This document shows positions 19,329-29,209 of a stretch of 64,000 nucleotides of DNA, piece by piece. This stretch comes from an uncultured delta proteobacterium. GTDB taxonomy: Bacteria; Myxococcota_A; Polyangia; Fen-1088. The notes beneath the pieces were generated by a model. That model had not been told where the DNA came from and did no database searches. It worked only from the letters and a program-made list of their open reading frames with translations. How positions within the stretch are numbered: the first letter of the stretch is position 1; each line of letters starts with the position of its first letter. A program made the position numbers and the translations under genes. The DNA lies in assembly GCA_963796685.1 (NCBI GenBank), contig CAWCMR010000025.1:1248001-1312000 (forward strand). The letters run 5' to 3'.

Positions 19329-20138
19329 ATGGAACCATCTGAGAGGGGTGCCCTGACGAAAGGCAAGCAGTCGCGGGGATTCGTGGCCCCCATCGTTCGG
19401 CCGCCCGAACTGTCCGAGCGCTCGGACAGCTCGAAGATCGCGAAGCATGGACCTGCCGACGGTGACCCTGCTCCTGGCAAAGACCCGCGGAAGACCGTGG
19501 ATCGGAAGCAGGTGGAGGAGGCTGCGACGTGGATCAGCGCAAAGATAGCCGCCACCCTCAAGCGCGGCGCCCACGAGGTGGGAGAGTACCTGCTCGACAG
19601 ATTTTTCCGTGATGACCCCGAGCTTGCAAAATCGAGAAACCCCCACAAGAACGCATCTTTCCGCGCCCTGGCCGAGAAGTGCGGAACCCCGGAGCTACCG
19701 GTCTCGAAGACCTGGCTGAACAATGCGGTCGGTCTCGCTGCCCTGGTCCGGCAGCTTCCCGACACGGCCAAGGCCTTCAAGGAGCTTCCGCCGTCGTTCC
19801 AGGAGAGCCTTCTGCCCCTCCGAGATCCAGCGAAAGTCGAGAAGATGGCGAGGCACGCGATCGCGAAGCAGCTGTCGTTCCGAATGCTGCGGCAGGCGGT
19901 CGCCGAGGAGCGTTCCAAGCTGCCCAAGGGCGAGCCGAGGGGCCGCCACGCGATGCCCGTCGTTCTCAGGACCCTCAGCGGTTCTCTCAGGCTCCTCGCC
20001 TTCGCGGGAGGCAAGCGGTTGTTCACCAAGGCCGACCTTGACGAGCTGGACGAGGAGCAACGGAAGGAAGCGCTCGCCTCCGCCGAGCACATGATCGAGA
20101 GACTCGAGGACCTGGTTGGTCAGCTCAAAGAGGCGTGA
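19329..20138 (+). CDS. Hypothetical helical protein (possible DNA-binding)
   Basis: GGAGGA RBS, GC3-biased codons, basic/helical composition; no family recognised. Confidence 0.7.
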   Translation: MEPSERGALTKGKQSRGFVAPIVRPPELSERSDSSKIAKHGPADGDPAPGKDPRKTVDRKQVEEAATWISAKIAATLKRGAHEVGEYLLDRFFRDDPELAKSRNPHKNASFRALAEKCGTPELPVSKTWLNNAVGLAALVRQLPDTAKAFKELPPSFQESLLPLRDPAKVEKMARHAIAKQLSFRMLRQAVAEERSKLPKGEPRGRHAMPVVLRTLSGSLRLLAFAGGKRLFTKADLDELDEEQRKEALASAEHMIERLEDLVGQLKEA

Positions 20139-20488
20139 AGACTGCCGCCTCCTGTTGGCTCCCCTCCCAATGTCGCTCCGCGTTCTAAGAAATGATACAC
20201 TGCGTCTAAGCGAATACGCCGACTACTCCGATAGCAAGGCCGGCCTTCACGAACGCGCGACGATCGCTCTTGCGCATGTCTTCTTGTAGCCCGCTCCGCC
20301 CGTCTCGTCTTTATAGCACACTATGGCAACATTGTTACTAAATTGATGTGGGTCACCGGTGCGGAGGCGGATTCGTGTTTTCTGTCTTTTCTTCCACGGC
20401 TGGCCCCAGAAGTGATAGCGTTCAATCATCGGGATATGTCGCTTTGACAAACCGAAACCAAGAGCCAGGTCGCGTGAGGAGCGCCGAG

Positions 20489-20713
20489 GTGAAACCAGCG
20501 GTCGTGGTGAGACCAAGTTGGGTTTCATTCGTTGGGCCTGACAGTTGGCTGGGCAAGCTGTGGTGTCGCATTCGACTGGGCATCGTTCAAGACGTTCCAG
20601 CGAACCTTGATGAGTGCGAGCGCTGCAAAGAGGTGAACTGCACACAAGAGCGCTGGGAGACCTGTGCCAGGCGACTGCAGGGAATGAAGGATCGGGCCGC
20701 TCGCTTCGAATAG
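20489..20713 (+). CDS. Small Cys-rich hypothetical protein
   Basis: GAGGAG RBS and GTG start; IVQDVP...CERC...C......C pattern. Confidence 0.45.
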   Translation: MKPAVVVRPSWVSFVGPDSWLGKLWCRIRLGIVQDVPANLDECERCKEVNCTQERWETCARRLQGMKDRAARFE

Positions 20714-21046
20714 CGCACTCGGTTGTACCCACAAGATGCCCTCAGAGGCTAGGCGACCGTGGTGCTTGGTCTTTGGTGCGACAAAGCCGTCACCCGTTTC
20801 CAATGGCCCGAGCGTCCAAAATGTCCGGCCACGGCCACGGCCACGGTGACGTCTACGGCCACGACCACCTTTCGTCGCCCTGCCAGGCGAGAGGCTTAGC
20901 CTTGGAATGGGTCCTTTAGCCTGGCGCCTCGCGACGTCGCTCAGCTTGTCGCGGAATTACGGAGACACTTTTGCGCCCTTGTGATCGGTCGCCACTTTCG
21001 GCAGTATGCGCATGCCGGCTCTGCCGGCTCGGGATTGGGCAATGCC

Positions 21047-21398
21047 ATGAGTGAGACGCATAGCGTTTTTTTGGAGGTTATCGGCGGAGACGGAGAAGGA
21101 CGCCCGCCCATGCGCGTGCGCCTGAGGTCATGCACCAGTGTCGGCCGCGACGAGGACAACGACATCAGTTTCGGGGACACGATGTTGTCCCGTCGCCATG
21201 CCGAGTTTCGCCAGCGCAGCGGTCTGTTCTACGTCGTGGATCTGGATAGCTCGAACGGTACCTACGTCAACAGCGTCCGTGTTCACGGCGAGCGTGGCCT
21301 CGCCGACGGGGATGTGGTCACCGTGGGGGGAACTCCGCTCGTCTTTCGCGAGGCCGAGCTTCCCGCCCCGAGCGAGACGGCCAACCGTGGTGTCGTAA
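21047..21398 (+). CDS. FHA-domain protein (end inferred by removing an extra T at ~21360; uncorrected frame runs to 21634)
   Basis: VGRDEDND, LSRRHA, DLDSSNGTYVN FHA motifs. Confidence 0.7.
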
Positions 21399-21408
21399 GG
21401 GCGGGCTC

Positions 21409-22701
21409 ATGGACGATCTTACTCCATGCGCTGTGCGGAGGGTCATCGACGTCGCGGACCTGGCGCGCGAAGATCGTGGGCTGGGCGTGGTCTGCCAGGC
21501 GACCAATGCCTTGGTCGCGAATTATCCTCTGCCCGAGCTCTTGGACCGGGTTTTGGAGGCAATTCTCGATGCGATTCCCGCCCAGCGTGCGGCCATCATG
21601 CTTCTCGAGGGTCGGCCCCCCGCGCCCACCCTGAAAGCCATGCGTACGCGTGACGGGGCGGATATGGGGGCGATCAGGCAGGATATCGTCAACCGCGCAC
21701 TCGAGGGTCGTGAAGCCTTTCTGGACCGCGATGTATTCGAGAAGACTGCCGTGCGCAACCTCGGCGCCACCCCGATTCGTTCCGTCATGTGCGCCCCTCT
21801 GCGGTCGACCTCGAACGGAAAAGACCACGGTCGGGTTTTGGGAATGATCTATGTGGACAACCAAAGTGACCGTCCGCCGCTGACCGATCGGGATCTTCAC
21901 ATCTTCATCATGATGGCGAACATCACGGCGACGAAGATTGAAAACGCGCGGCTGCTCGAAGAAAACCTGCACAAGCAACGTATCGAAGAGGACATGCGAC
22001 TGGCGGCGCAGATCCAGTCGGATTTGCTACCACGCAGCTCGCCCGTGGTTGCGGGATACCGGGTGTACGGGACGACCGAGCCCTGCCGCATGGTGGGCGG
22101 TGATTATTTCGACTTCGCACAAGATGGCCAAAGCCTGCACATGGCACTGGCCGATGTTTCCGGCAAGGGCACCGGCGCGGCCATGCTGATGGTCGCACTG
22201 CGGGCCACGGTCCGCGCACACTGGCGCGACGGCACCCTGACCGAAGCCACCTCGCGAATCAACCGGACGTTTCATCAGACCGTGCCGGCGGACAAGTACG
22301 CGACCTGCTTCCTGGCCCGACTGGATACGCCCAGCGGTTGCCTGGACTACGTCAATGCGGGCCACAATCGGCCGTTGCTGATACGACCGAACGGCCAATG
22401 GTGCCGTCTCGAAGCAGGGGGAACCGTCCTTGGTGCCTTTCCCGAGACGACCTACGAGCAGGGCACGGTCGTGTTGGAGCCGGGAGGTTGCCTGCTTGTG
22501 TTCTCGGACGGCGTAAGTGACGCATGGAGCGATCACGACGAGGCCGATCGCCAGCTAGTGAGCCTCGTGTTGGCACGCAAGCAGGGAGAGGCGGCTGCAC
22601 TTCGCACCGAGATCTTCCGCGCTGGGGATCGGGCCAACGATGACCGGACCTTGATCATTTTGGAACGGGTTTCCGGTGACGCTCCCCAGTCGCCAGTTTG
22701 A
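21409..22701 (+). CDS. GAF + SpoIIE/PP2C (RsbU-like) phosphatase
   Basis: SVMCAPL..GMIYVDN GAF; VGGDYFD, ADVSGKG, NAGHN, FSDGV, DDRT. Confidence 0.9.
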   Translation: MDDLTPCAVRRVIDVADLAREDRGLGVVCQATNALVANYPLPELLDRVLEAILDAIPAQRAAIMLLEGRPPAPTLKAMRTRDGADMGAIRQDIVNRALEGREAFLDRDVFEKTAVRNLGATPIRSVMCAPLRSTSNGKDHGRVLGMIYVDNQSDRPPLTDRDLHIFIMMANITATKIENARLLEENLHKQRIEEDMRLAAQIQSDLLPRSSPVVAGYRVYGTTEPCRMVGGDYFDFAQDGQSLHMALADVSGKGTGAAMLMVALRATVRAHWRDGTLTEATSRINRTFHQTVPADKYATCFLARLDTPSGCLDYVNAGHNRPLLIRPNGQWCRLEAGGTVLGAFPETTYEQGTVVLEPGGCLLVFSDGVSDAWSDHDEADRQLVSLVLARKQGEAAALRTEIFRAGDRANDDRTLIILERVSGDAPQSPV

Positions 22702-22752
22702 CCCACGGCTGATTCGCAACGAACAGTAGGCTGATGGCACGGCTGCTCTCCA

Positions 22753-23295
22753 ATGACACACCGCATGTGTGACCGATTGCTGGATATAAGCGTGATTGAA
22801 TTTCCCCGCTCAAACGGCTGCAACGTCATCTGCATGGAAGTGCCCGGCAGAATCGAGTGTAGGAATATGCTGCTGCGCACGGTGTCCGCCGCTTGCAAGT
22901 TGGTCTTGCCAAGCGTCCGCACGCGGAATTCGCCTAGCTTCGAGCTCACGGATCATGTCGTGTCCGCCGTGGGTGAAGCCTACAACAACATCGTCTTGCA
23001 TGGATACGCAGGGCGTGAACCTGACTCGATTCACATGCAGATCGAGAGTTGCTCTGAGTGGATGCGAGTCACCATCAAAGACCTGGGAACGAGCTTCGAC
23101 CCATTCCAAGTGGCATCTCCCGACTTGGACGCGCTTCCAGAGTCGGGCCTGGGCATCTTCATCATGCGCTCGTTCGTTGACGAGGTTACCTACCTGGCCG
23201 GACGGCCCAACACCTTGACCCTCTTGAAACGCCTTGACAAAGGCGGCGGGATGGGCTCATATGATGCTCCGCAATTATTGTCCAAGGCAGGGTAA
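22753..23295 (+). CDS. Anti-sigma factor / Ser kinase (RsbW-like HATPase)
   Basis: AVGEAYNNIVLHGY, DLGTSFD, ESGLGIFIMRSFVDEV. Start position uncertain. Confidence 0.85.
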   Translation: MTHRMCDRLLDISVIEFPRSNGCNVICMEVPGRIECRNMLLRTVSAACKLVLPSVRTRNSPSFELTDHVVSAVGEAYNNIVLHGYAGREPDSIHMQIESCSEWMRVTIKDLGTSFDPFQVASPDLDALPESGLGIFIMRSFVDEVTYLAGRPNTLTLLKRLDKGGGMGSYDAPQLLSKAG

Positions 23296-23328
23296 TGTAT
23301 TCCCCTGTTCACTATTAGTGAAAAAACC

Positions 23329-23640
23329 ATGCTCTTCAATCTCGACAAGCAGAATGGCACCTCAGTCCTTCGCATTGAAGGTGAGCTTGATGCTCTCTCG
23401 GTCGTCGACCTGAGACCGACCATAAGCGGGATTGGCGAAGAACAACCTCCCCGCGTACTCGTCGACCTTTCCCCTCTCCGTCTGATTGACAGCTCAGGAG
23501 TGGGGGCGGTCGTTGCTCTATTCAAAGTCGTCCGAGGCTACGGAGGCGACCTTTCCGTAGTCGGCGTTCGCGATCAGCCATTGGCCATACTCCGCCTTCT
23601 GCACCTCGACCGAGTCCTCATCCGAGACGCGGCTCCCTGA
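23329..23640 (+). CDS. STAS-domain anti-anti-sigma factor (RsbV-like)
   Basis: IEGELD, VDLSPLRLIDSSGVG. Confidence 0.9.
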   Translation: MLFNLDKQNGTSVLRIEGELDALSVVDLRPTISGIGEEQPPRVLVDLSPLRLIDSSGVGAVVALFKVVRGYGGDLSVVGVRDQPLAILRLLHLDRVLIRDAAP

Positions 23641-23850
23641 CCCGCAGAATCGATCCGCCCTGACCTGGTGCCAACCCCTCGGCGCCTGGTCGCAAACGTT
23701 CGTGGTTGATAACGCGTGGGACAATGCCTGGTCGGGGGTTAGGGATGCCGGCATCAGCGATGGCTGGTGGGTGGCGGAACCTCCGAATGTCCGGTAACCT
23801 TACTCCGCTAGTGCCTAGCCTGACCTGGTGAACCAGACGGGGAATCGAGG

Positions 23851-24537
23851 ATGAAATCGGAACAAACTGCTATTGCTATCGTCGTGGCGGTTCTGGGCGC
23901 TCTCCTCCAGACACCTGCCCACGCCGCGCCAAGGAGCGCGGTCGGCCGTAAGCACGCGGCCAAAGCCAACCATCTCGCGGGGCAGAACCGCTGCAAGGCT
24001 GCCGTGCTCGAGTTCACCAAGGCATACCGGTTGCTCAAGGATCCCGTGTTGCTCTTCAACCGCGCCGAGTGCTACCGAACGATTGGCAAGGACACGCAGG
24101 CGATCGAGGATTATGTGCACTTTCTTGCCGAGATGCCCCAGGCGCCCAATCGGTCGACCGTCGAGTCTCGAATCGCGTCGTTAAGAACAAGAGCACCTGC
24201 CAAGGCAGCAGAGGCGCAAGCACCTCCCGGCGACACCAACGCCGAGAGGTGGGGGGATTTGGACACCACGCCTGCGGGCGAGGAGGGCCAGGCACCGGGC
24301 GCACGCTCCGTGGCGATTGGGACAGCCGCACGCGCAGTGCCCGAGCCTCAGGGTGCGGCGAGCTTGACCTCGCAGCCGCTTGTCCCAGAGCCGAAACAGG
24401 CCGGTGGAAATCATGCTTGGATATGGATCGGCACGGCGGTGGTGTTGGCCGGTGCGGGAGCCTTCGCGGCGTATCGGTACTGGCCGCGGCCCAAGACCGA
24501 CGTCCCCCAGACGCCACTTGGCAACTATGCCTTCTAG
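23851..24537 (+). CDS. Exported TPR protein with C-terminal membrane anchor
   Basis: Signal peptide (AHA), TPR-like AYRL..DP.LLFNRAECYR, C-terminal hydrophobic helix. Confidence 0.75.
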   Translation: MKSEQTAIAIVVAVLGALLQTPAHAAPRSAVGRKHAAKANHLAGQNRCKAAVLEFTKAYRLLKDPVLLFNRAECYRTIGKDTQAIEDYVHFLAEMPQAPNRSTVESRIASLRTRAPAKAAEAQAPPGDTNAERWGDLDTTPAGEEGQAPGARSVAIGTAARAVPEPQGAASLTSQPLVPEPKQAGGNHAWIWIGTAVVLAGAGAFAAYRYWPRPKTDVPQTPLGNYAF

Positions 24538-24565
24538 TCACCACGAGGCAACCAAGGGGAACACG

Positions 24566-24934
24566 ATGCGAAGGTCACTTCTCGTCTTGGCTCTGATGAT
24601 TTCTGGAGTTGGGTGCGGAAGCACCGACAGCGTGCTGCAAGTCAACCTGGATCCCTCGACCGTCAGCTCTGTGACCTTGTTGGCATCACAGGCCACGATC
24701 GGTGGCGAATCGCGCACCATGGATATTGCATCGCCTGATGGCCAGCCAATCTCTCTATCGGATGGAACCAGCTACACCATCGAGATCCCGCACCAGTACT
24801 CGGGCGCGGTGCAGGTGTTCGTGGCGGGCCTCGACGCCAACAACACCGTAGTTCTCAATGGCACCGGCGGTTTGGACTCGCTCGATCAGAGCCAAGTGAA
24901 CAGCGTGCAAGTTTCTTGGCAACCGACCCCATAG
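24566..24934 (+). CDS. Small lipoprotein, unknown function
   Basis: MRRSLLVLALMISGVGC lipobox; beta-rich mature part. Confidence 0.7.
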   Translation: MRRSLLVLALMISGVGCGSTDSVLQVNLDPSTVSSVTLLASQATIGGESRTMDIASPDGQPISLSDGTSYTIEIPHQYSGAVQVFVAGLDANNTVVLNGTGGLDSLDQSQVNSVQVSWQPTP

Positions 24935-25017
24935 CCACCGTGGTGGCCGCCTGGGTTCTCGAGCATCCGCTCGATGGCTTCATCTGCCTCCCTGCGGTCT
25001 ACGTCCGTTCACCCTCA

Positions 25018-25857
25018 TCACCTTCGCACCTTCGCCATCATGTTCCGCCGCAACTCACCAAGACGGATCCGCAAACGCTTGAACCGACCAGGTCTGGGGT
25101 AATTGAAGTAGATTTCCCACGGATGACGATAGTCTTCGTGAACTCGATTGAAGAAAGCTTTCACGCCCTCGCCGCGCCGGAACAGGTCGCGCGTCATCAA
25201 GAGTCGGTCATCCCACTGCTGAACGTGAAACACGCGCCAGTCGAGACTGTCGTAGCGGCGGATGCCGAACAGATTCCTCTTCCGGAGCTTCTCCTCGACT
25301 GCCCACTCGGAGTGATAGCGGTAGGCCCCCGTGCTGACTAGCCCATCCGCTGGGTTGCAGACGAGCGCATCTTCCCAGAATTTTTTCGCAATGAGGGCAC
25401 AATTGTTACTAAAGCGCTGTGTCCGTAGATACCTGCCTGCGACGAGCTCCTGGTCGGCCCGAAACCTGAGACCGCAGGCGCTGAAGAAGACACACCCATC
25501 CTGCCCCATGTAACTGAAGACGTCCTCGAACCACCTATCTTCGCCTGGTCCAGAGCGAAAAGGCAGCGTATCGAGATGGGCGAAAAAGAGGAACTCTCCC
25601 TTCGTGCGCCCGACCATCCGTTTCAAGATCGCGGTTTCGTTGTTGCGAAGGTCGTCCCCTTCCTCGGGGAATATCGGGGTAAAGGGAACCCCGAAACTGG
25701 CCGCCACCTTGGCGACCTCTTCTTTGATCTTCTGGTCGTCACGAATATAGACGACAAGCTCCAGCGGCAAAACCGTCATGAACTCGAGCCAATCGCGGAG
25801 GATGATTGAGTGATGCGGCTCGAGGACATTGGTCAGGTACGTGTAAGATATGCTCAC
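25018..25857 (-). CDS. Hypothetical protein, possibly divergent GT-A glycosyltransferase
   Basis: GEFLFFAHLDTLP resembles the strand/DxD region; EPS context. Start uncertain (GTG 25857). Confidence 0.55.
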   Translation of the reverse strand: MSISYTYLTNVLEPHHSIILRDWLEFMTVLPLELVVYIRDDQKIKEEVAKVAASFGVPFTPIFPEEGDDLRNNETAILKRMVGRTKGEFLFFAHLDTLPFRSGPGEDRWFEDVFSYMGQDGCVFFSACGLRFRADQELVAGRYLRTQRFSNNCALIAKKFWEDALVCNPADGLVSTGAYRYHSEWAVEEKLRKRNLFGIRRYDSLDWRVFHVQQWDDRLLMTRDLFRRGEGVKAFFNRVHEDYRHPWEIYFNYPRPGRFKRLRIRLGELRRNMMAKVRR

Positions 25858-25964
25858 TTCGAAAGATCTAGCGGGATTACACGAGTTGTCAAGCCGGGCT
25901 GGTCGTCTGAGCATCTTTCCATTACGCCTGCGTGCAGAGCGAAAGTACTTTAGACTTGCGGCCG

Positions 25965-26975
25965 ATGACTGCGTCGACGGAACGGAAGATTGCCCTGGCA
26001 GCGATTGGCCGCAACGAGGGGGCGCGGCTAAAGGCCTGCCTGCGCGCAGCTTCCGGGCAATTTTCTGTGATGGTGTACGTCGACTCGGGGTCGAGCGATG
26101 GCAGCCCGGACGTAGCCCGCGCCGCTGGCTGCGTGGTCGTAGAGCTAGACCGCTCAATGCCGTTCTCGGCTGCGCGGGGACGCAACGAGGCTTTTGCCGA
26201 GTTGATGCGCGTGGCTCCGGATGTAGACCTGATTCAATTCCTGGACGGCGACTGCGAGCTCGAGCCGGGATGGATTGCCGCGGGCTGCGCTCTGCTCGAC
26301 GTCAGGCCAGATGTGGGCATCGTTTGCGGGCAGGTGCGTGAGCTGCACCCGGACGAGACGCGCTATAACAAATTGTGCGACCTCGAGTGGCGCATGCCCG
26401 CGGGTGAGGCGAAGTCCTCCGGTGGGCGCTTTCTGATTCGCACCCAGGCGTTTCAGGCTTCTGGCGGATTTCGCGAAGATGTCATCGGCGCCGAGGACGA
26501 TGAGTTCTGCATCCGCGTGCGTCGCGCGGGTTGGAAGGTGTGGGTGCTCGATGCCCCAATGGCCGCGCACGACGCGGCGATGACGAAGTTCGCGCAATGG
26601 TGGGCCAGGATGCGGCGCGCTGGCCACGCCTACGCACAGGTGTCCGAGCTGCACGGTGGGCCGCCCGAGTTCTACTTCGTACGCGAGCGCAGGCGCGTCT
26701 TCGTGTGGGGACTGGCTATTCCGCTTGCGGCGATCGCGCTGTCCTGGGGAACCTCGGGCCTGTCGCTGGGTGCGTGGCTCGCTCTGATCGCATGGCAGTA
26801 TCTGCGGATCGTGAAATACGGCCGACGTCGTGGGTGGAGCGGCGCGGACGCTCGTCTTTATGCGCGGTTCACGGTGCTGGCAAAGTTCGCTGAGATGCAC
26901 GGGATGCTGTCGTACTATTGGCGTCGGCTCCGCGGGGTGCGCATCACCATCATCGAGTACAAGAGGGGCGAATGA
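25965..26975 (+). CDS. Glycosyltransferase family 2
   Basis: IGRNEG, YVDSGSSDGS, QFLDGDC, C-terminal TM segments. Confidence 0.9.
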   Translation: MTASTERKIALAAIGRNEGARLKACLRAASGQFSVMVYVDSGSSDGSPDVARAAGCVVVELDRSMPFSAARGRNEAFAELMRVAPDVDLIQFLDGDCELEPGWIAAGCALLDVRPDVGIVCGQVRELHPDETRYNKLCDLEWRMPAGEAKSSGGRFLIRTQAFQASGGFREDVIGAEDDEFCIRVRRAGWKVWVLDAPMAAHDAAMTKFAQWWARMRRAGHAYAQVSELHGGPPEFYFVRERRRVFVWGLAIPLAAIALSWGTSGLSLGAWLALIAWQYLRIVKYGRRRGWSGADARLYARFTVLAKFAEMHGMLSYYWRRLRGVRITIIEYKRGE

Positions 26976-29119
26976 ACGAAACCGTTGCGGCGCTTCGGCC
27001 CGCGAGAACAAGGCGTGTGGCGCTTTTGGGGGCTGGATATATCGCCGACTGGCATGCGCAGGCTTTGAAGTCGGTTGCCGGCGTGGAGCTGGTTGCTGTC
27101 TGTGATCAAGCGCAAAGCAAGGCCGAGGCGTTGGCGACACGGTTTGGTGTGCCCAGCGTTTATGGCTCGCTTGCCACGATGCTGGAGGGGGAGAAACTCG
27201 ACGCTGTGCATGTGTTGACGCCGCCAGACCGGCACCATCAGACAGCGCGTGCGGTCATTGATGCCGGCGTCGGCGTGTTTCTCGAGAAACCGATGTGCAC
27301 GCGAGTCGAAGACTGTAACGACCTATTGCAGCATGCTAACGCATGCGGCGTGCGCCTTGGCATCGGGCACAACTTCCTTTTTGCCCCGATCTATGAGCAA
27401 CTGCGCCAAGCGGTGCGTTCAGGGCGTTTGGGTCGCATCGACCAGGTGACGGTCAGTTGGCGCAGGCCGCTGCCGCAGGCGCTCTTCGGCCCTTTCGACA
27501 TTTGGATGCTGCGCGATCCACGCAACATCCTGCTTGAAATCGGCTCGCATCCCCTGTCCTGTGTCCTGGACCTTGTCGGCGAGCCCGCCTGGCGCAGGGC
27601 CAATGCTTTCAACGCAATCACCCTGCCGACAGGACGCAGATTCTATCGACATTGGGCAATGGATGGCGAGGTTGGCGCTACTGCCGTCGATGTGCGGTTA
27701 TCGTTCGCGCCCGGCTTCAGTGAGTTCGCCATCGACGTTCGCGGCTCGATTGCCGCGGCGGCTGTCGATTTCGATCGCAACACCTTTGTGCTTCGCGAAC
27801 CGAAGCCCAAGGATCCCGACTTTGAGATCTATTCGATCGTGACGGGACAGGCGCGTGCCATGCGCGCGCAGGCTCGCGCCACACTCGGAGCCTACATTCG
27901 GTCGAAGGTCGGACTGACCCGGCGTGGTAATCCCTACGGCCAGAGCATTGCGCGCGCTTTGGACGCCTACTATGGCGACAAAGCATTGGACCCGCGCCTA
28001 GAAGGCACGCTCGGCGCCCGAATCATTACTATTGGCCAACAGCTGGGGGCGCTCGCGCAATTGCCCTCCGCGGAGCTTGGCGAGCCGCCATCGGTTGCGT
28101 TTCCAGGGCCTGCGTCGCCGCGAATTCTCGTGCTCGGCGGGTCCGGCTTCATCGGGCGCGAGTTGCTACGGCAGTTGATCCTTTCTGGACATGAAGTGCG
28201 CGCGCTGGTCCGCAGCGCGGCCGCTATTCCGCTAGAATTGAAGCAGTCGGGAAAGCTCGAGCTGGTCCGCGGGGACATCGCCAATAGACAGGATTTGCTG
28301 CGTGCGTTGGCGGGAATCGAGACTGTCTTCCACCTGGCTCGCGCAAATGTAAAAAGCTGGGCCGATTACCAGCGACTCGAAATTGCCGCAACCGAGCGTG
28401 TCGCCGAGGTTGCGCTGGAAGCAAACATCAAGCGATTCATCTACACCGGCACCATTGATTCGTACTACGCAGGCGCGCGGGCCGGCGTCATCACCGAGGC
28501 CACTCCGCTGGATCCCGGGATCGAGCGACGCAATCTCTATGCGCGGGCCAAGGCCGCATCGGAAGTCTTGCTCATGCGCATGCACAAGGAACGGGGGTTG
28601 CCACTCGTGATCGTGCGTCCTGGCGTGGTGATCGGCCGCGGCGGCAGTCCCTATCACTGGGGCGTGGGAATGTGGCGACACGATGGCGTATGCGAGGTGT
28701 GGGGCGAAGGCAGCAACCCGCTGGCGCTGACGCTCGTGCAGGATGTGGCTGCCGGGCTCATTTTGTGCATGTCAACCCAGAACATCGAAGGCCGCAGCTT
28801 CAATCTCATTGGCGATGCGACGTTGACCGCGCGCGAGTATCTGGACGAGCTCGATCGCGCCGCTGGCATTCGCATCGAGCAGCGCTACACGTCCATCGCC
28901 CATTTCTACGGCGGCGATCTGGTGAAGTGGATCGTCAAAACGCTGGTTCGCCATCCCGAGCGCCGCGTTCCTTCGTGGCGCGACTGGGAAGGGCGCACGC
29001 AGAAGGCTCGATTCGACTGCACGGCCGCAAAAACCGTGCTCGGGTGGAAACCATGTGCCGATCGCACCGAGTTGATTCATCTCGGTATCGATGAACCGGT
29101 AAGGGAGTTCGTATTGTGA
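26972..29119 (+). CDS. Gfo/Idh/MocA oxidoreductase fused to NAD-dependent epimerase/dehydratase
   Basis: GAGYIA, EKPM; then GGSGFIG, YARAK, VRPGVVIG. Confidence 0.88.
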   Translation: MNETVAALRPARTRRVALLGAGYIADWHAQALKSVAGVELVAVCDQAQSKAEALATRFGVPSVYGSLATMLEGEKLDAVHVLTPPDRHHQTARAVIDAGVGVFLEKPMCTRVEDCNDLLQHANACGVRLGIGHNFLFAPIYEQLRQAVRSGRLGRIDQVTVSWRRPLPQALFGPFDIWMLRDPRNILLEIGSHPLSCVLDLVGEPAWRRANAFNAITLPTGRRFYRHWAMDGEVGATAVDVRLSFAPGFSEFAIDVRGSIAAAAVDFDRNTFVLREPKPKDPDFEIYSIVTGQARAMRAQARATLGAYIRSKVGLTRRGNPYGQSIARALDAYYGDKALDPRLEGTLGARIITIGQQLGALAQLPSAELGEPPSVAFPGPASPRILVLGGSGFIGRELLRQLILSGHEVRALVRSAAAIPLELKQSGKLELVRGDIANRQDLLRALAGIETVFHLARANVKSWADYQRLEIAATERVAEVALEANIKRFIYTGTIDSYYAGARAGVITEATPLDPGIERRNLYARAKAASEVLLMRMHKERGLPLVIVRPGVVIGRGGSPYHWGVGMWRHDGVCEVWGEGSNPLALTLVQDVAAGLILCMSTQNIEGRSFNLIGDATLTAREYLDELDRAAGIRIEQRYTSIAHFYGGDLVKWIVKTLVRHPERRVPSWRDWEGRTQKARFDCTAAKTVLGWKPCADRTELIHLGIDEPVREFVL

Positions 29120-29133
29120 TGGCGGAAGTAAGC

Positions 29134-29172
29134 GCGACGCCCGGGTGAACGACGCCCCTTTCGGGACGTCGC
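29134..29172. terminator. Possible hairpin between convergent genes
   Basis: GCGACGCCCG ... CGGGACGTCGC inverted repeat; no U-tract. Confidence 0.3.
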
Positions 29173-29209
29173 CTCCAGGAGACCCAAACTAGGACTGAAC
29201 GCAGCCGCG

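Noticed and set aside
26972-29119. Gfo/Idh/MocA-epimerase fusion as a novelty
   Set aside because: Both halves are ordinary nucleotide-sugar enzymes that fit the EPS context; nothing further can be supported from sequence.
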